Source of the DNA: Guillardia theta CCMP2712
Taxonomy: Eukaryota; Protista; Cryptophyta
NCBI RefSeq assembly: GCF_000315625.1
Contig: NW_005434655.1
Span: forward strand, 43,899-107,898
Length of the DNA: 64,000 nucleotides
Reading direction: 5' to 3'
This document shows positions 11,939-25,139 of this stretch, in pieces (position 1 is the first letter of the stretch; every line of letters starts with the position of its first letter). The position numbers and the translations under genes were made by a program. The notes under the pieces were generated by a model that searched no databases, had not been told where the DNA came from, and worked only from the letters and a program-made list of their open reading frames with translations.

Positions 11939-14157
11939 AAGTTTTAAGCAGGCGACAAAGGGGCCGACCAGCTCAAGTCGCTTCTGGTAGCTCTTCACCT
12001 CCAGCTTGCTCCTCTGCAGCTCAACGTTAGTTGGGGTCCGACCTTGACAGCGAGGGCAACAACCTCCACCTCCGCCCCCAGCAGACGGCCAGCTGCCAGC
12101 TCCTCCTCTAGAGCCCTGCTCCTCTCCAACAGCCTCTCCCTCTCCAGCTGATGCCGCGACTCCTCCATCTTCACCCTCACGCGCTCGTTCTCGAGCTCGC
12201 TCTCGAGGCTCATCAGCTGCCGCTCTAAGTTTGACTTGCCCACCCTCAGCGCGCTCATCTCTTGACTCTTCTTCTCCCCCTCCTCCTCCATCATCCGGTA
12301 GGAAGCCTCCGCCTCCTTTCTCTGCTTCTCCTCCGCCGCCGCCTTCTCCTTCGCTTCCTTCAGCCTCTGCTCAGCTCGTTAGAGGCGCAGGTGGGGAGCA
12401 GCTGGAAATTACGGCGAGGGAGCCCGAGAGCTCCGAGCGGGAGGAGGATAGAGAGTCTTCGAGCTCGTGGATCTGCTTTCTCAGGACTTCCATCTCCACG
12501 TTGAAACTGCCAAGTCAAAATGGTCAGCCCTCCTGCTACCCACTGCCATCTCCTGCCCCTGCCCCCGCCCCTGCCTCTTCTCCTGCCCCTGGCCCTGGCC
12601 CTGCCTCTGCTCTCTCACCTTCTTTCCAGGTGGTCTTTGTCAACTCTGCATTGCGCGTATTTCGTCTCCACGTCTTGAAGTTTCTGCGTCAGGATGATGA
12701 CGTCATCCGCTGCTTGCGCCATCGTTGCCTTGAGGTAATGTCAGTCACCAGGAGAGAAAGAGGAGGAGGGAGGAAAGTAGACGCAAGGACCTGAGTAGGA
12801 ACAAGAGGGAGGATAAGGGGACGGGGGCAAGGGAGGGGGACGAGGAACAGAAGTAGGTGCAGGAGAAGGAAGGGAAGAGGAGGAGGCACTGGGGTACCTG
12901 CATCTGCTCTCTAGCTTCCTTGAGGTTTCGCTGCAGCGCCCCCGAGTCTTTCTTTACCTCCTTGTGCTTGCGAAGAATCACCTGCCTATCGCTCATCACC
13001 TGCGGAGAGAAGGACAAGTCAGCCAGCAAGCAGAGATGGCAGGAATATGAGCTGACGAGGTCAGAGAGAGAGGGAGGGAGGGAGGAGGGAGGGAGGGAGG
13101 GAGGGAGGGAGGGAGGGAGGGAGGGAGGGAGGGAGGGAGAGGGCAAGGAAGGAAGGGGGACACAAGTAGGTAGCAGGAGGGGTACCTGCTTCTCCAGCCG
13201 GGCAAGCTTTCCCTCGAGATTCTTGTGCTCTGCCGCGAACTCCCTGCTTCCTTCCTTCTTCTTCAGCACCTGGCACTGGAACCGAACGTCCCTGAACCCT
13301 TGCAGGATGGGATCTTTCAGGTTCTCGTACTCAGACTCCTCCCATGCTCGCCCGTCTGCTCGCGACAGGTTCGAAATTTCCTCCCGCACGTCCAACGGCT
13401 CCCCGACGTCGCTCGACCGATCGGAATGCATGTCCCGAGGAGACGAGCTCCGCGGCCTCCGGTTCTCGTGCCTGTTCTCCTCGTCGCTAGCCCGATGCTC
13501 CTCCCTCCTCCCGAAGTCTCCTCGGTGTGTCTGCAGGCCGTACGGGTTGGCCCTCAGGTTGTCTCGTTGGGGGTCGGCGCGCTGGTCTGGGGTGGGGAGG
13601 CGAGGGAGGCGGATGGATTCTGGTTCAGAGAAGGTAGGGATGAAGATGCTGGTGCCCGAGACCTTCTCTCTGTTGGGGTCAGCAGCAGCATGCAGCTGCC
13701 GTTGCTTGATGGCAGTTGACTTGGATTTCTTGCTCCCCTTGGCAGATTCGTTGCCAAAGATGAGCTGGAGGAGGAGGTCAGGAGAAGCAGCAAGTGAGCG
13801 GTGGCGGGGACTCACCATGGTGAAGGCGCCTTGATAGGAATCAAGATGTTGTGCCCTTGGTTGGCGGCGATGCTGTCCGACTTTTCGTGATGTTTTCTTG
13901 CTGAGACCTGAGGAGTTTGGTTCATCAGCTCGTGAAGGTATAAATTGGGTTATTCCCTATCTACCTCCCGCATGGCATGATGCACATGTTCTGCCTCGTG
14001 GCTTCATTATGCAGATATTCACTCTTTTCGCCTGCTGCATGCACTTGCTCGTCTAGAACTCTCTTCCCCTCGCAACTCATTCAACAAAACTTCATCTAGT
14101 TACTTCTCTTGCCACCCGACTGAAGTCGTTGTCTTCCTCTGGCATCAATGCGCATCG
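9205..14157 (-). CDS. Long coiled-coil protein with a C-terminal IQ motif, multi-exon (5' end uncertain)
   Basis: E/K/R/Q-rich heptad exons in ORFs 9205-11211, 11274-11603, 11995-12294 and 12745-13818, separated by microsatellite introns. IQ motif AAVKIQARARGMAGRQQV at ~9450-9505. Confidence 0.65.
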
Positions 14158-15723
14158 CACTTCCTCTGTCTCCTCTCTCACGTCTCTCTCCCTCGTCTCT
14201 CTCCCTCCTCCTCTCCCTCCTCCTCTCCCTCCTGTTCCGGGTTGCCGCAGTAGCCTGCATTGTGTGGACTGTTGACGGCCAGTTGTGGAATACGGGGTAG
14301 GGGTAGACTACCCCACCCACATTTTAATACCTGTCTGTCATATATCCAGACGGGGTAGTCTCGGGTTGAAGTCTAACGGATTTTAGAAATAGTCATCATA
14401 GGGTACGGTAGTAGGGGTTCAAGGGCGTCAGTACCCGTGCTTGTTCCTTCTATTTTTGGGGGTGGGTATTCTGTCCGTTAATGCGTTGACTCGAGTGCTC
14501 TAGTGCGGTGCCACGGTGCACGCCGTGACCGTACGGCGGCAGTGGCCGGGCCCGGCGCCGGGAGCCTCTCGGACCGAGATGCTGTGTACAACAACTTATT
14601 ATTCCGGCGGGTCACAGTGAACCGTCCGATCAGTGTACGGCAATACCCCCCGTGCCAGTCAGTAACAAAACTCTCCCGGGGTCCTTCAGTAAACCCGGCA
14701 ACCGTTGAATTGCCAAGATCGGACGACGCGGCTGTGCAGTGCCGCTACGGCCCCGCGTCACAGTGCCACAGTGCCCCGGCCGGGCGGGCCCCGGCCCCGG
14801 CCCGGCCCGCCGGCCTGGGGCGGGGATGAGGGTCTGGGTGGACTTTCGGAGAAGGCGTACGTCAGTTTTGGAAGATGGCGGCGGGGCTCATGCCGGCGGC
14901 GATGAGGTGAAGGAGGAGGAGGAGGAGAGCCGGCAGCCTGCGAGGGGAGAAGCTCTTTTACTGTAAAAGATAGGACGAGGATCGTTGGTGGGAAGGAGCA
15001 GGCAAGAGAAGGCCCTTCATCGAGCACCAGGATGCACAGGATTTCGTGGAGACAGTGGTGTAGGAGTTGGAGCAAGGTGGATGAATGGAAGCAGGTGGAT
15101 AGGAAGATGTTGATGAAAGGACGTATCAGGATCAGAGGATGAGATGGAGACAGTGGCGTTGGAAGGGGGGTGGGGGTGCGTGAAGTGTTGTGAGGAGCTC
15201 AGGCAGTGGGTCAGACGGTCCTCGCCAATTTCTTCAGTGACCAGAGCGAGGGGCCAAGGGGAAAGAAGCGAAGAGATGAGAGGGAGCATGAGAAGAAGAG
15301 TTGGGAAGAATGGAAGATGAAGGTGGGAGGATCCATTTGATAATGCAGAGAATGAGTGAAAGAAGATGCATGCAATGAATATCACGTGAAGCTCGTGCAT
15401 CGATGGAGGGAGCGCAGAGAGGGAGAGAGGAGAGAACTTGGGGTGTGGGAGCAAGAAGAGAGAGGTCACATCTGAGCAAAAGTCTGAGTTTTCATTCTTG
15501 AACGAGGATGTCATCGGATTGACAGACATGAGGTTCAAAGAACATTTGAATGCGTGCAGCAGAGGACCATTGAGATTGTGAGAGTTGTCGTGCAGTTTGG
15601 ACTTTGAGCGTACAGATGGTGTGATATGGCTGGTTGATGATACAGGAAGAGGGTTGTGGAATTGATCTAACAACGTCTTGCCGGATTGCAGGGAGCGGTG
15701 GAGAGAGATAGCTGGTTGGCCGC

Positions 15724-17228
15724 ATGCCTTGCACGACCTTTTTTTGCGGTAGGTGTGCAGTCTGTGAAAGTTACTTGCAGATCTTGTCTTTCATGATCAA
15801 GTGAAGTGGCTCGTCATTATGTCCATCTGCTTCTTCGCCTTCAACAGAGCCGTAAGATGTCGAAGATGAGTTGAGGCGGCCGCTCTTACACAAAGGATTC
15901 TGCTTCAGTGCGCTGGGTTCCTTCACTTCTTGGGCTTCAAGGAGAAGAGGAACCGAAACTATCTCGGGTCATGCATGGTTTCAGTCGTGTAAGTCTGTTG
16001 TTTCCTTCTTTCTTCGTATCTCTTGCTTCTCGCTCGTTCCGTCCCCTCTGAAGTCCCTCACCATCTTTTTCCATCAAAATCCTGTCATGGCATCGTTGGA
16101 ATGGGGCATTGCAGGCACTGCTCATTGGTGAGCTGCTCTCTACTGATTGTTTCATGGAACTCATTGGCGTCCTTTCCTCGCGTCCTCTATTGCCTCAGGT
16201 CTCCTTCATCACCTACGAAGAGCTCTCAAGCAGAGATTGGTCCTTCTATGGAACCCACGGAGCAAGGTGAAACAGAGCTCAAGACCTTGTCTGGGTGACG
16301 TGGCTGACTCCTCTCCCTCAGATTCGACCTCTCCGCTCCCAACACGCCCACCGGCACTGCCTGCCTTCTCTTCTGCAGCGCCTTCATGGTGAGATGCGTG
16401 GGGGATGTGAATCCTTTGACGCGCCTGCGGCAGATCGCAGACCAGCTGTTTATGCTGATATGGTGCCCTGAGGAGACTCTCTTCCTCCTACACCATGTCG
16501 CCACTCTGCTTTACATGGGCTCCTGCCTCTACCTCCAGGCCGGAGACCTCTCCGTTGCTCTGTTGGATCTTGGAGTGCCGAGCATGCCGAGGGATCTAAC
16601 GGCGCTGCTGCAGCTGCATCTTCCTTGGCGAGATTACCAACCCCATCAACAACTTCTACGCTATCACAGACTGCCTGGTGTCTCAAGCTTCCTGCTCCCT
16701 CCTGCCTCCCTGACTCCTGCGACAGAACAACGAGAAAGTGGGGAAGCTACTGGAGGGTTTGCACTACATCGCTACCTGGAGGTATGCTCCCCTTGTTTCG
16801 TGTCCTCTTCTCATCACTACTTCTTCAGCTTGTTTTTAGCATTGAGTCTCGTTCGTCTGGTCTATTCTCCCTACGTGAGTTGCTCTTCGGAGCTTCTGGA
16901 GTCCTCATCCTTCCCCCTCATCCTCACCTGTGGCCACGAGCAGGCAGTGTGCTGGGTACTCTTCAAGGCTTATATGCTGGAGGCGCAAGGATCTCCCATC
17001 CCACTCATCTTCCGCATGGTTGGCTCTTGAGATCAAGCTTCACCTTGTTGACTCACTTTGCTATCAGCTCTGGGTTTCGCTCCCCGTCGCAGTTGTGATT
17101 GCAAGTTACCTCTTTGTGTAAGTCTTGCCACCGTCGGAGAGCCGCTGGCTGACCTTAGGAGCAGGAAAGGACTGTTGGCCGACATCCAGTCTGGCAAGAC
17201 GACAACATTTGCAAAGAGCAAGAAGTGA
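15724..17228 (+). CDS. TLC (TRAM/LAG1/CLN8) domain membrane protein, multi-exon
   Basis: Spliced translation starts MPCTTFFCDLVF and contains FLLHHVATLLYM, FLGEITNP and SLVRLV, which are typical TLC motifs, plus several TM segments. It ends ...AKSKK-stop. Confidence 0.75.
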
Positions 17229-17754
17229 AAGTGAAGCGTGAATATGACTTCAACCATCTGAACTATTGAATTTGATCATTGAAATCCTCCGGCCCAGCGG
17301 CCGCATAACTTATTAACCGTTTCCAAGTTGCACTGTACTGAACATGGTTAAGTGGGTTCGGGCCAGCCGCGGCGCGGGTCCGCGGGCGGCGGCGTCCGAT
17401 CGCGGCCCCGGTGAGTCCGCCGGATCACACGGCCCGGTACGGTACCCGCCGCAGTGGGCGGTGCCGATGACGGTGCTCAGCTCCGACTCGAGTCCCCCGG
17501 ACTGGGAGTCAGCGCTTAGCGAGGCTCAGCGGCCCCGCGCCGGCGGCTAAGCTCACACACCGTGGCACTGAAAACTCAATTAGGTCACTCAGATCCTTCC
17601 GAATCGCTCGTACCATATCGAAACTGTATGGCCGTAAGGTACAATATTCCTCGAGTGGCGCACTAGTCTCAGAAGGGATACCCCTTATGACAGCTATGCC
17701 TCGAGCGGATCTAGAGTGCAGGGGGATATAAGGGGGGAGTGAAACGGCGTTGCC

Positions 17755-19435
17755 ATGCGCGTCCTCCTCCCGCTCCTTCTCGTGGCCCATGCAGCAGCCT
17801 TTGCTCCCTCCCCCGCCCTCCTGTCCTCCTCCCTTGCCTCCAGGTCTGGCGCCCTCTCTGCTTCCCGCGTCGCTGCTCGCGAGCCCAAGAGGTACGTACA
17901 TGCTTCAGCGCCCGATTGCTCTTTCGCTGGTATGACCCTCAGGATCGAACAGGTTGTCTCTGCGCATGGGCGAGCCCCTCAAGTCCATTGAGCTGAAGCA
18001 TCCCAGTGGAAGCTCTGCGACCGTCTATCCCTTCGGCGCCACCGTGACCAGCTACAAGGCTCCTCACGAGGTTCTCTTCGTCAGGTCAGCACCCGATGGC
18101 ACCTCTCCTCCTTCCTTGACGTTCTTCTTCTCCTCTAGGCCTGACGCCAAGTTTGACGGCTCGAAGCCCATCTCCGGAGGAATCCCCCACTGCTTTCCCC
18201 AGTTTGGCCCGGGTAAGATTCAGCAGCACGGGTTTGCAAGGAACCTTGTGTGGAACGTGAAGGATGTCAGCGCCGACGAGGTGCGTTCTTGCTGCATGTC
18301 TTGCAAGGCATGCTGATGGTTGTGAGAGCAGCCTGACATGCCTTCGGTCACTCTCGAGCTCACCGAGACCGAGGAGACCATGGCGATGTGGCCGAACAAG
18401 TTCAAGGTGATCTCGCCCTGCAATCATTTTCAACTCTCCCTGACTCTTCTGTCTTTCAAGTGCACCTACGTGGTCGGGTTGGATGAGGAGAAGCTCAACT
18501 GCGAGCTTCGTGTTACCAACACTGACTCGAAGCCCTGGGACTTCCAGGTGGAGATATGCGAATAAGAAGTCTGTGTTGACGTCTTAATCTTTGCAGGCTG
18601 CACTTCACACCTACTTTGCTGTGTCCAACATCGACAAGTGCGAGGTCATTCCAAGACATTGAACAAACTCAAGTTCGCCCATCCAACTATCGCAGGTTCG
18701 TGGAGCGTTCAAGGGATCCGAGCATTTGAACAGAATGGACAAGCCGCCTTCCAAGACCAAGGTTTCCTGGGAGACCTCAGTTGAACGGACTTGACTTGTC
18801 CGGTTCAGGAGAGCCGTGAGGCGATCCGATTCGACAAGGAGGTCGACAGCTGCTACGAGGTGCGAATGTCACACTCATCAACCTTGCTCCTCTCGCTCGT
18901 GACTCTCCTTGTTCCTGCGTCTCTCCTTCCCACCCTCATCTCTCGTTCCTCCCTTCACTTCTCTTCCTCTGACGACTTTCCTTCTCTCCAGGGCGTCTCA
19001 GGGCAGGTTGTGCTCTTCGACGAAGTGAAGCCAGAGCAGTCCGTCACCATCCGCAACCTCGCGGTGACCCAACTATCCCCTTCCCTTCCCCTTCCCCCTC
19101 CCCGGGAGCCCATCACACCCGCTGTCTGTCTGAGCCAGTCTCTTACTGAGAACCTTTCAAGGGATGGGAGGATACTGTCCTCTGGAACCCCTACGGTAAT
19201 GAGGTAAAGAGGCCCGGGCTTCGCTTTTCCGGCCGCTGATCAGCGACGATTCTCCAGGGAATGGGCTACAAGAACTTTGCTTGCGTTGAGAGCGTGAAGG
19301 CGGCAAAGCCCGCGGTGTTGGGTGAGTCACTGAGATTGAGTTGGATCATGATGGTAAGGCGCTGAATCTTGTCGGTCAGCTGCGGGCGAAACCTGGATCT
19401 CCCGAGTCTCCATCATCCCTGGAGCCGCCAAGTGA
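17755..19435 (+). CDS. Glucose-6-phosphate 1-epimerase (aldose 1-epimerase family), plastid-type leader, multi-exon
   Basis: Motifs FGATVTSY, KPISGGIPHCFPQFG, QQHGFARN, FQAALHTYF, VLWNP, FACVE. Leader MRVLLPLLLVAHAAA-FAPSPALLSSS. Confidence 0.92.
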
Positions 19436-20925
19436 CTTGAAGGCTAGCCGGGGCTCTGACCCTGTCCGGCACTGAGTACTCAGCGGCCAGCCCGCGGCTA
19501 ACCGGCCGCGTGACTTAGTAAACTGAACTTGACTTCTGAACTTCAAGCGGCAAAACTTGAAAAATCCCCGGCACCAATGAATGGCCCGGTACCTTCCACC
19601 GGGCACGGAGCCGCTGGCCCGACCGTAGGCTCAGTAGCGGCTCTGTCGCCCTTCCTACACTGGCCAGTGTGACTGGCAGCGGGAATACGATATGGTTACT
19701 CCCGTTCAACCCGGCGGACGTTGAACGGAGCCTCAGCGAGTGATTGCCACCGCCGGTGACCGGGTCCTGAGGGTTGGTTCTCACTGAGTCACTGCACTGC
19801 CGCCAGGCCAGCCTAGCGAGTCTTCTCGCCGCCGCCGGGCCGTCACGTGTCATGGCCTGTGCCCGGCTGACGGACCTACGGTTTGAGTAAAGGAAGTACG
19901 GTACTGATTCAAGTTGGTCCGAGTCCCGGCGGCCCGCCGCCACAGCGGCGGCCGGGCCGGCCACCATGACCGTCGGGATCATATTTGACCCCCCGTTACA
20001 ACGGTAACTTGAAAAAAAAAGAGTCAACCCTCCTAATAATTGGCCTGGCACGGTTCCGAGCAACAGGTGCAGGGGTGGGGGGTCCGACATTGGATAATTA
20101 GGGTGTAAGTAGGGGTACTATGAGATGGATTTGAGGGGGTAGTGGTACCTTAGTGGGTCGAAGGGTGGGGTTCAATCGGTAGCTGATCTTCCGACTTGCT
20201 CCTGTTCATCGGAGAAGTTCATGATTTATTTATAGAGCCCTCCAAAAGTTCAGGTATGATTTGCAGTCGCTGTGCCAGTCGGCTGATCGGCCCTGGAGAA
20301 GTTCAGTCATTTAGTTCATGGTGGCTTTGGAAGGACAGAAATGACCGGTCGCACGAATGTAGCCGAAGCGAGGAGGCGAGGAGATCAGCGAGGAGGAGGA
20401 GGAGGAGGAGGAGGAGAGAGAGAAGAGTAGAGGCAGGGAAGGAGCTCGAGGTAGGAGGGAGCAGGAGTGAGACGGAGAGCTTTGGGAAGAGAAGGATCGA
20501 ATCGAACAAGATGAGGCTGGTGGTGGAGTCGGGAGGGATGTGAAGGTGGGAGAGGAGGAGATGATTGAAAACGATGACTGTTGAGATGGAATGCTGGAAT
20601 AATTGCAGTGAGGAGAAGGATCAAGGCATATGATTTTGATGTACGGGGAGTGGCGTATGCGGGGCAAAGAGGAGGTGAAGTTTGACAGGACGTAAGAAAG
20701 GTTAGTGAGAGGATTGTCTGTCTCTCTCTGTGTGTGGAAAGGGGATAGGAACAAGGGATCAGTCGAAGAGGAGGTCAGGGAGCGATTGAGCGAGGAAGCT
20801 GGAGAGGACGAACCGATCAGAGGAGTTGTATCCGGAGGCACTCGACTGATTGGTTTTGACTATCACAGGATGAGAGAGACTTCTTAGAGGCAGGTCGAAG
20901 AAGCCGGAAGCTAGTTCATCTAAGG

Positions 20926-23146
20926 ATGAATCTTGGCCTCAAGAGAAAGTCCAGCATTCTTGCTACTTTGTTCGCAAATGAATTGCAGGGTGAATCGCAA
21001 GCAGTCCTCCTCAGCAAGGAAATCTTTCGACTGAACATCGACAGTGTTGACTTGTGGGCGCCATGCTCGGCCAGTCTGTTGCCGCGTTCTATCTCGTTGC
21101 TGGACAAGGAGAGCATGAATCAAGTGCATGTCCCCCTGGACATCATCTGCGGCATTGAACAAGTCGGAGGGAGGGCGGAAACCAAAAACTTGACCCTGAT
21201 CAGGATCCAAGAGTCGGAGGTCCACACCAAGTATGTTACCTACTGGATCTTGGTGCTTTCAACGAAGATGGAGTCAGCGTTCAACGGGAGGAGCGTGCAC
21301 TTGAGGTTCGAGGAGGAGGACGAGGCGACACGATGGAATCAGGAGATCACAAAGTTGATCAAGCATCGCCTAGCCAGCGAGCACATCGCAAGGGAAGGCA
21401 GGCTAAGGATATTCAGGGACCTGAGTCGAAGGGCATACTACAGCCGACCCTTCCAGTCGGTCTTTGCGCTACTGATCGGCATGAACTTCTTGATCAACAT
21501 GATAGAGGCTGAAATTCGGCCGGCGGACAACTCTGCCCAGAAGTTCACTTTCGACCGTTTCGACATGTTCTTCACCTCCCTCTTCGCCTTCGAGTTTGTT
21601 TGGAACTTCTCGTCCAATGTGTCAAAAAAATTCTTCGAGGACGGTTGGAACTGGTTTGACTTCTTTGTTGTCGTCATGTCAATATCTTCATTCATCGTCT
21701 CGGGAGTCCCGATCCTCACTGTCTTTCGGCTGCTTCGAGTATTCAAGGCTCTGCGGCTCTTCCGGCAGTTCAAATCCCTCAGAATCATCTTCAACTCTCT
21801 CCTCGCAAGTGTCTTCCCCATCATCAACTCAGTCTTCATCCTACTCGTCGTTACCGCCATCTTCGCCATCCTCGCTGTCCAGGTGCTGCTCTCGACCTCT
21901 GTCGTCTCCGCATTTGACAAGCTCCTTTCCAGCTGTACGGCTACCGCTCGGATCAGTTTTCAAACTTCCAGCAGGCAATCTTCTCGCTCTACCAGGTGGC
22001 AACTGGCGACGCTTGGGCGTCGGGAATCGCTCGTCCTCTCTTCTACAAGCTTGACTCGAAGCCTGATCCCTCGGTATCTCCGCAGTTTGACAACTTAGAC
22101 TTGTCAAACTTTCATGCTGCGCCAAGCTGTAACGACTGACGTACGGCTGGTAGGTCATGCCGTTCTTCACCGCCTACTCCATCCTCTCGTCGCGGATCCT
22201 CATCAACGTCGTTGTGGCCGTCCTGCTCGACAACTTCATCAGATGCGTCAAGGTCGAGGAGTGGAAGGAGCTGCAAGCGGAGCTGGAGAAGGAGCGGCAA
22301 GGGATCGAGGTGTCTTCGAGGGTGCTGGACCCTCTCATGAAGTACCTGTCCAAGCACGACACGGAAGAGCACTTCCAGGCGCAGGTGCAGAAAGTTTTCA
22401 GCATCGTCAACTTCAAGCTCAAGGAGAGCGTCAACTTCGACGACGTGCACAAGGGGCTGAAGGCGCTGGGGCTGAAGCCGATGATCGAGCTGAGAAAAGA
22501 TGACTTTGACTACATCACAGCTGAAGGGAGATACTGTAACGAGCTGGGGGAGATCTCAGCTGAGAACTTCTCGAAGATGATCAGCAGGCAGTACAAGATG
22601 TTCTGCGCGAGGAAGCTCTGCGATCTTCAGAAAATCACCGACGGGGCGGACATGGTTGTCCATCTGGCAACCAAGATGGTGCTGGTGATGGAGGACCCTG
22701 ACTGGAAAAGCGACGATCTCTTCAGATGGAAGTCGAAGGGGAGAAAGAAGGAGGAGGAGGAGGAGGAGGAGGAGGAGGAGGAATCAGTTTCAAATCGTCA
22801 CTACCCTGAGAGTCTCCATGATCTGCCCAAGAGCGTCCTGATCGAGAATCTTGAGAGGATCAAGCAAGAGAGGAACGAGTACAAGTTCCAGCTGGACTGC
22901 ATGGAGAGGAGGATGAAGCTGCAAGGCCCTCCTCTATCCCTGGCCGACAAGTTTGAGATGCTGGCTCCTCGACAGGACGCGTCGCCTCCCCACGTCAACC
23001 GCTTCGTTCCATCCATCTTCCCTAGTGGGCTGCTACCCTTGGACGGCTCCTCCTGGAGGCGCCAAGGAGGAGCTGCTGGGGGCGAGGAGGGTCAGGCAAG
23101 AAAAGTGAGGGGGCACTGGGGTGCTGATAGTCTATTTGTCGCATAA
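20926..23146 (+). CDS. Single-domain (1x6TM) voltage-gated cation channel, EukCat/BacNav-like, with N-terminal PH-like and C-terminal EF-hand-like regions
   Basis: S3 GWNWFDFFVV, S4 FRLLRVFKALRLFR, pore FSLYQVATGDAWASGIARP after splicing, S6 LINVVVAVLLDNF. Only one repeat is present. Confidence 0.88.
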
Positions 23147-23190
23147 AGCCGTGCCAAGCAACCGCTGCTCCCTGAATCCTCCTCCTCCTC

Positions 23191-23290
23191 NNNNNNNNNN
23201 NNNNNNNNNNNNNNNNNNNNNNNNNNNNNNNNNNNNNNNNNNNNNNNNNNNNNNNNNNNNNNNNNNNNNNNNNNNNNNNNNNNNNNNNNN
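23191..23290. other. Assembly gap (100 N)
   Basis: N run. A second 100-N gap lies at 24624-24723. Confidence 1.
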
Positions 23291-23329
23291 TTGACCCCCC
23301 CCCCCCCCCCCCCCTCATCTAACCTGCTC

Positions 23330-23585
23330 CTCCTCCTGCTCTTCCTGCTCTCTTCTCTTGCTCCTCCTCTTTCTTTATCCTGCTCCTGCTGCTCCTGCTC
23401 CTGCTCCTTTTTATCCTGCTCCTCTTTATCCTGCTGCTCCTGCTCCTGCTCCTGCTCCTCTTTATCCTGCTCCTCTTTATCCTGCTCCTCTTTATCCTGC
23501 TCCTGCTGCTCCTGCTGCTCCTGCTCCTCTTTATCCTGCTCCTCCTGCTCCTGCTCCTGCCCCTGCCCCTGCCCCTGCTCTCTCC
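23330..23585. repeat. Compound CCTGCT / TTTATCCTGCTCCTC minisatellite
   Basis: Directly visible tandem units. Confidence 0.9.
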
Positions 23586-23599
23586 TCTTGCTCCTGCTT

Positions 23600-24900
23600 C
23601 TCCTTTTCTCCTTGCTTCCACATCAACATTTTTTGCTGAGTTTCGTACCTACTCTTCAAGCTCTTCCAACTTTCAGTTCTCACTCCTTCTCGTTGCTCCT
23701 CTCCTCCTTCCCTCCCTTCTCCCCTCTTCCCCCACCCTCGTACACAGAAGCAATTTCTCCAAGATCGATCTACCCCTCATGTTTTATAAATTGTGCGGGA
23801 GGAGAGGAGAGGAGAGGAGAGGAGGAGGACATAGAGGACGGGAAGGAAGAGGAGAGAAGTACAGAGGAGGAGAGGATCGAAGAAGAGCGAGAGCAAGATC
23901 AGTGTAGGATCTTAGAACATCACAGTCTTTTGACATCGTTTTTGTTTCAAACGTCAACTGCCATCTCCCAAGTCCTCCATCCATAGCGTACAGATCCTGA
24001 ACAGGAGTCTCGTGCTGGAGCCACAGCTGCCAGGTTGCAGGCAGAGAGCGGGAGGAGGAGGAGGAGGAAGAGGAAGAGGAGGAGCTGATTTCTTAGATTC
24101 GTGGGGCAGGAGGAGAGGAGAAGACGGGCAGGGCAACTGGCTTCACTGTAAAGAAAGACATGAGCAGAAGACAGGTTTCGATCGGTTTTCTGACGATAAC
24201 ACGTTCTAATGTGTGCAATGATCAGAGAGGAAAATTAGGAGGAGGAGAAGGAGGAGGAGGAGAAGGAGGAGGAAGGCAGAGGAGGGGAAGGGGGAGAATA
24301 TAAGGATGGTCGAGTGAGAACAATAGAGGAGCAACGAAGAACACGTTGTTGAATAGGGTGCAGGCGATGAAAAGAAGGAAAGCAATACATGGTGATGAGG
24401 AGAGGAAAAGAGAGGAAGAGCGGAAGGAGACGATAACAGAACAGAAGTACAAAGGAGGCGATCAGAAGTTGAGGGAGAGAGGTAAGGAAGGAAACAGAGC
24501 ATAAGCAGAGGAGGCGGAGGGAGGGAGGGAGGGAGGGAGGGAGGGAGGGAGGGAGGGAGGGAGGGAGGGAGGGAGGGAGGGAGGGAGGGAGGGAGGGACG
24601 GGGTGTGGAGGACGTGGACCGAANNNNNNNNNNNNNNNNNNNNNNNNNNNNNNNNNNNNNNNNNNNNNNNNNNNNNNNNNNNNNNNNNNNNNNNNNNNNN
24701 NNNNNNNNNNNNNNNNNNNNNNNCCTCTCCTCTCCTCTCCTCTCCTCTCCTCTCCTCTCCTCTCCTCTCCTCTCCTCTCCTCTCCTTCCTCCTCTCCTCC
24801 TCCTCTCCTCTCCTCTCCTCTCCTCTCCTCTCCTCTCCTCTCCTCTCCTCTCCATCACTCTCGCCCTCCCAGCCTTCCTTTTGTATCCCCGTCCTCCATA
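23600..24900 (-). CDS. Possible fragmented hypothetical gene interrupted by gaps and microsatellites
   Basis: Short complex-sequence islands (e.g. TWQLWLQHETPVQDLYAMDGGLGRWQLTFETK at ~23930-24035) lie between SSR tracts. No family recognised. Confidence 0.25.
24518..24852. repeat. (GGGA)n and (CTCCT)n microsatellites flanking an N gap
   Basis: Directly visible. Confidence 0.9.
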
Positions 24901-25139
24901 ATCTTGTTCGCCTCAGCCTCTGCCTGATGAGTTTGACTAATAATGTTCAACTCACTCAAGTGATCGGACTGTCCGATCGGCGCACGAGTGACTGAGCCTG
25001 TCTGAGTCCAGCCAGCCCCCGGGCCCGGATCATCGGATCCCGGCGCCGGCGATCATCGGATGATGATGCCGCCGGGCGGACGCTCATCATCGAGTCATCG
25101 GCGAGCCGCATGATCTCACAGAGTCACGGGGACCCTAAT

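Noticed and set aside
23291-23986. Cys/Ser-rich metallothionein-like and SR-like ORFs
   Set aside because: Translations of a CCTGCT minisatellite.
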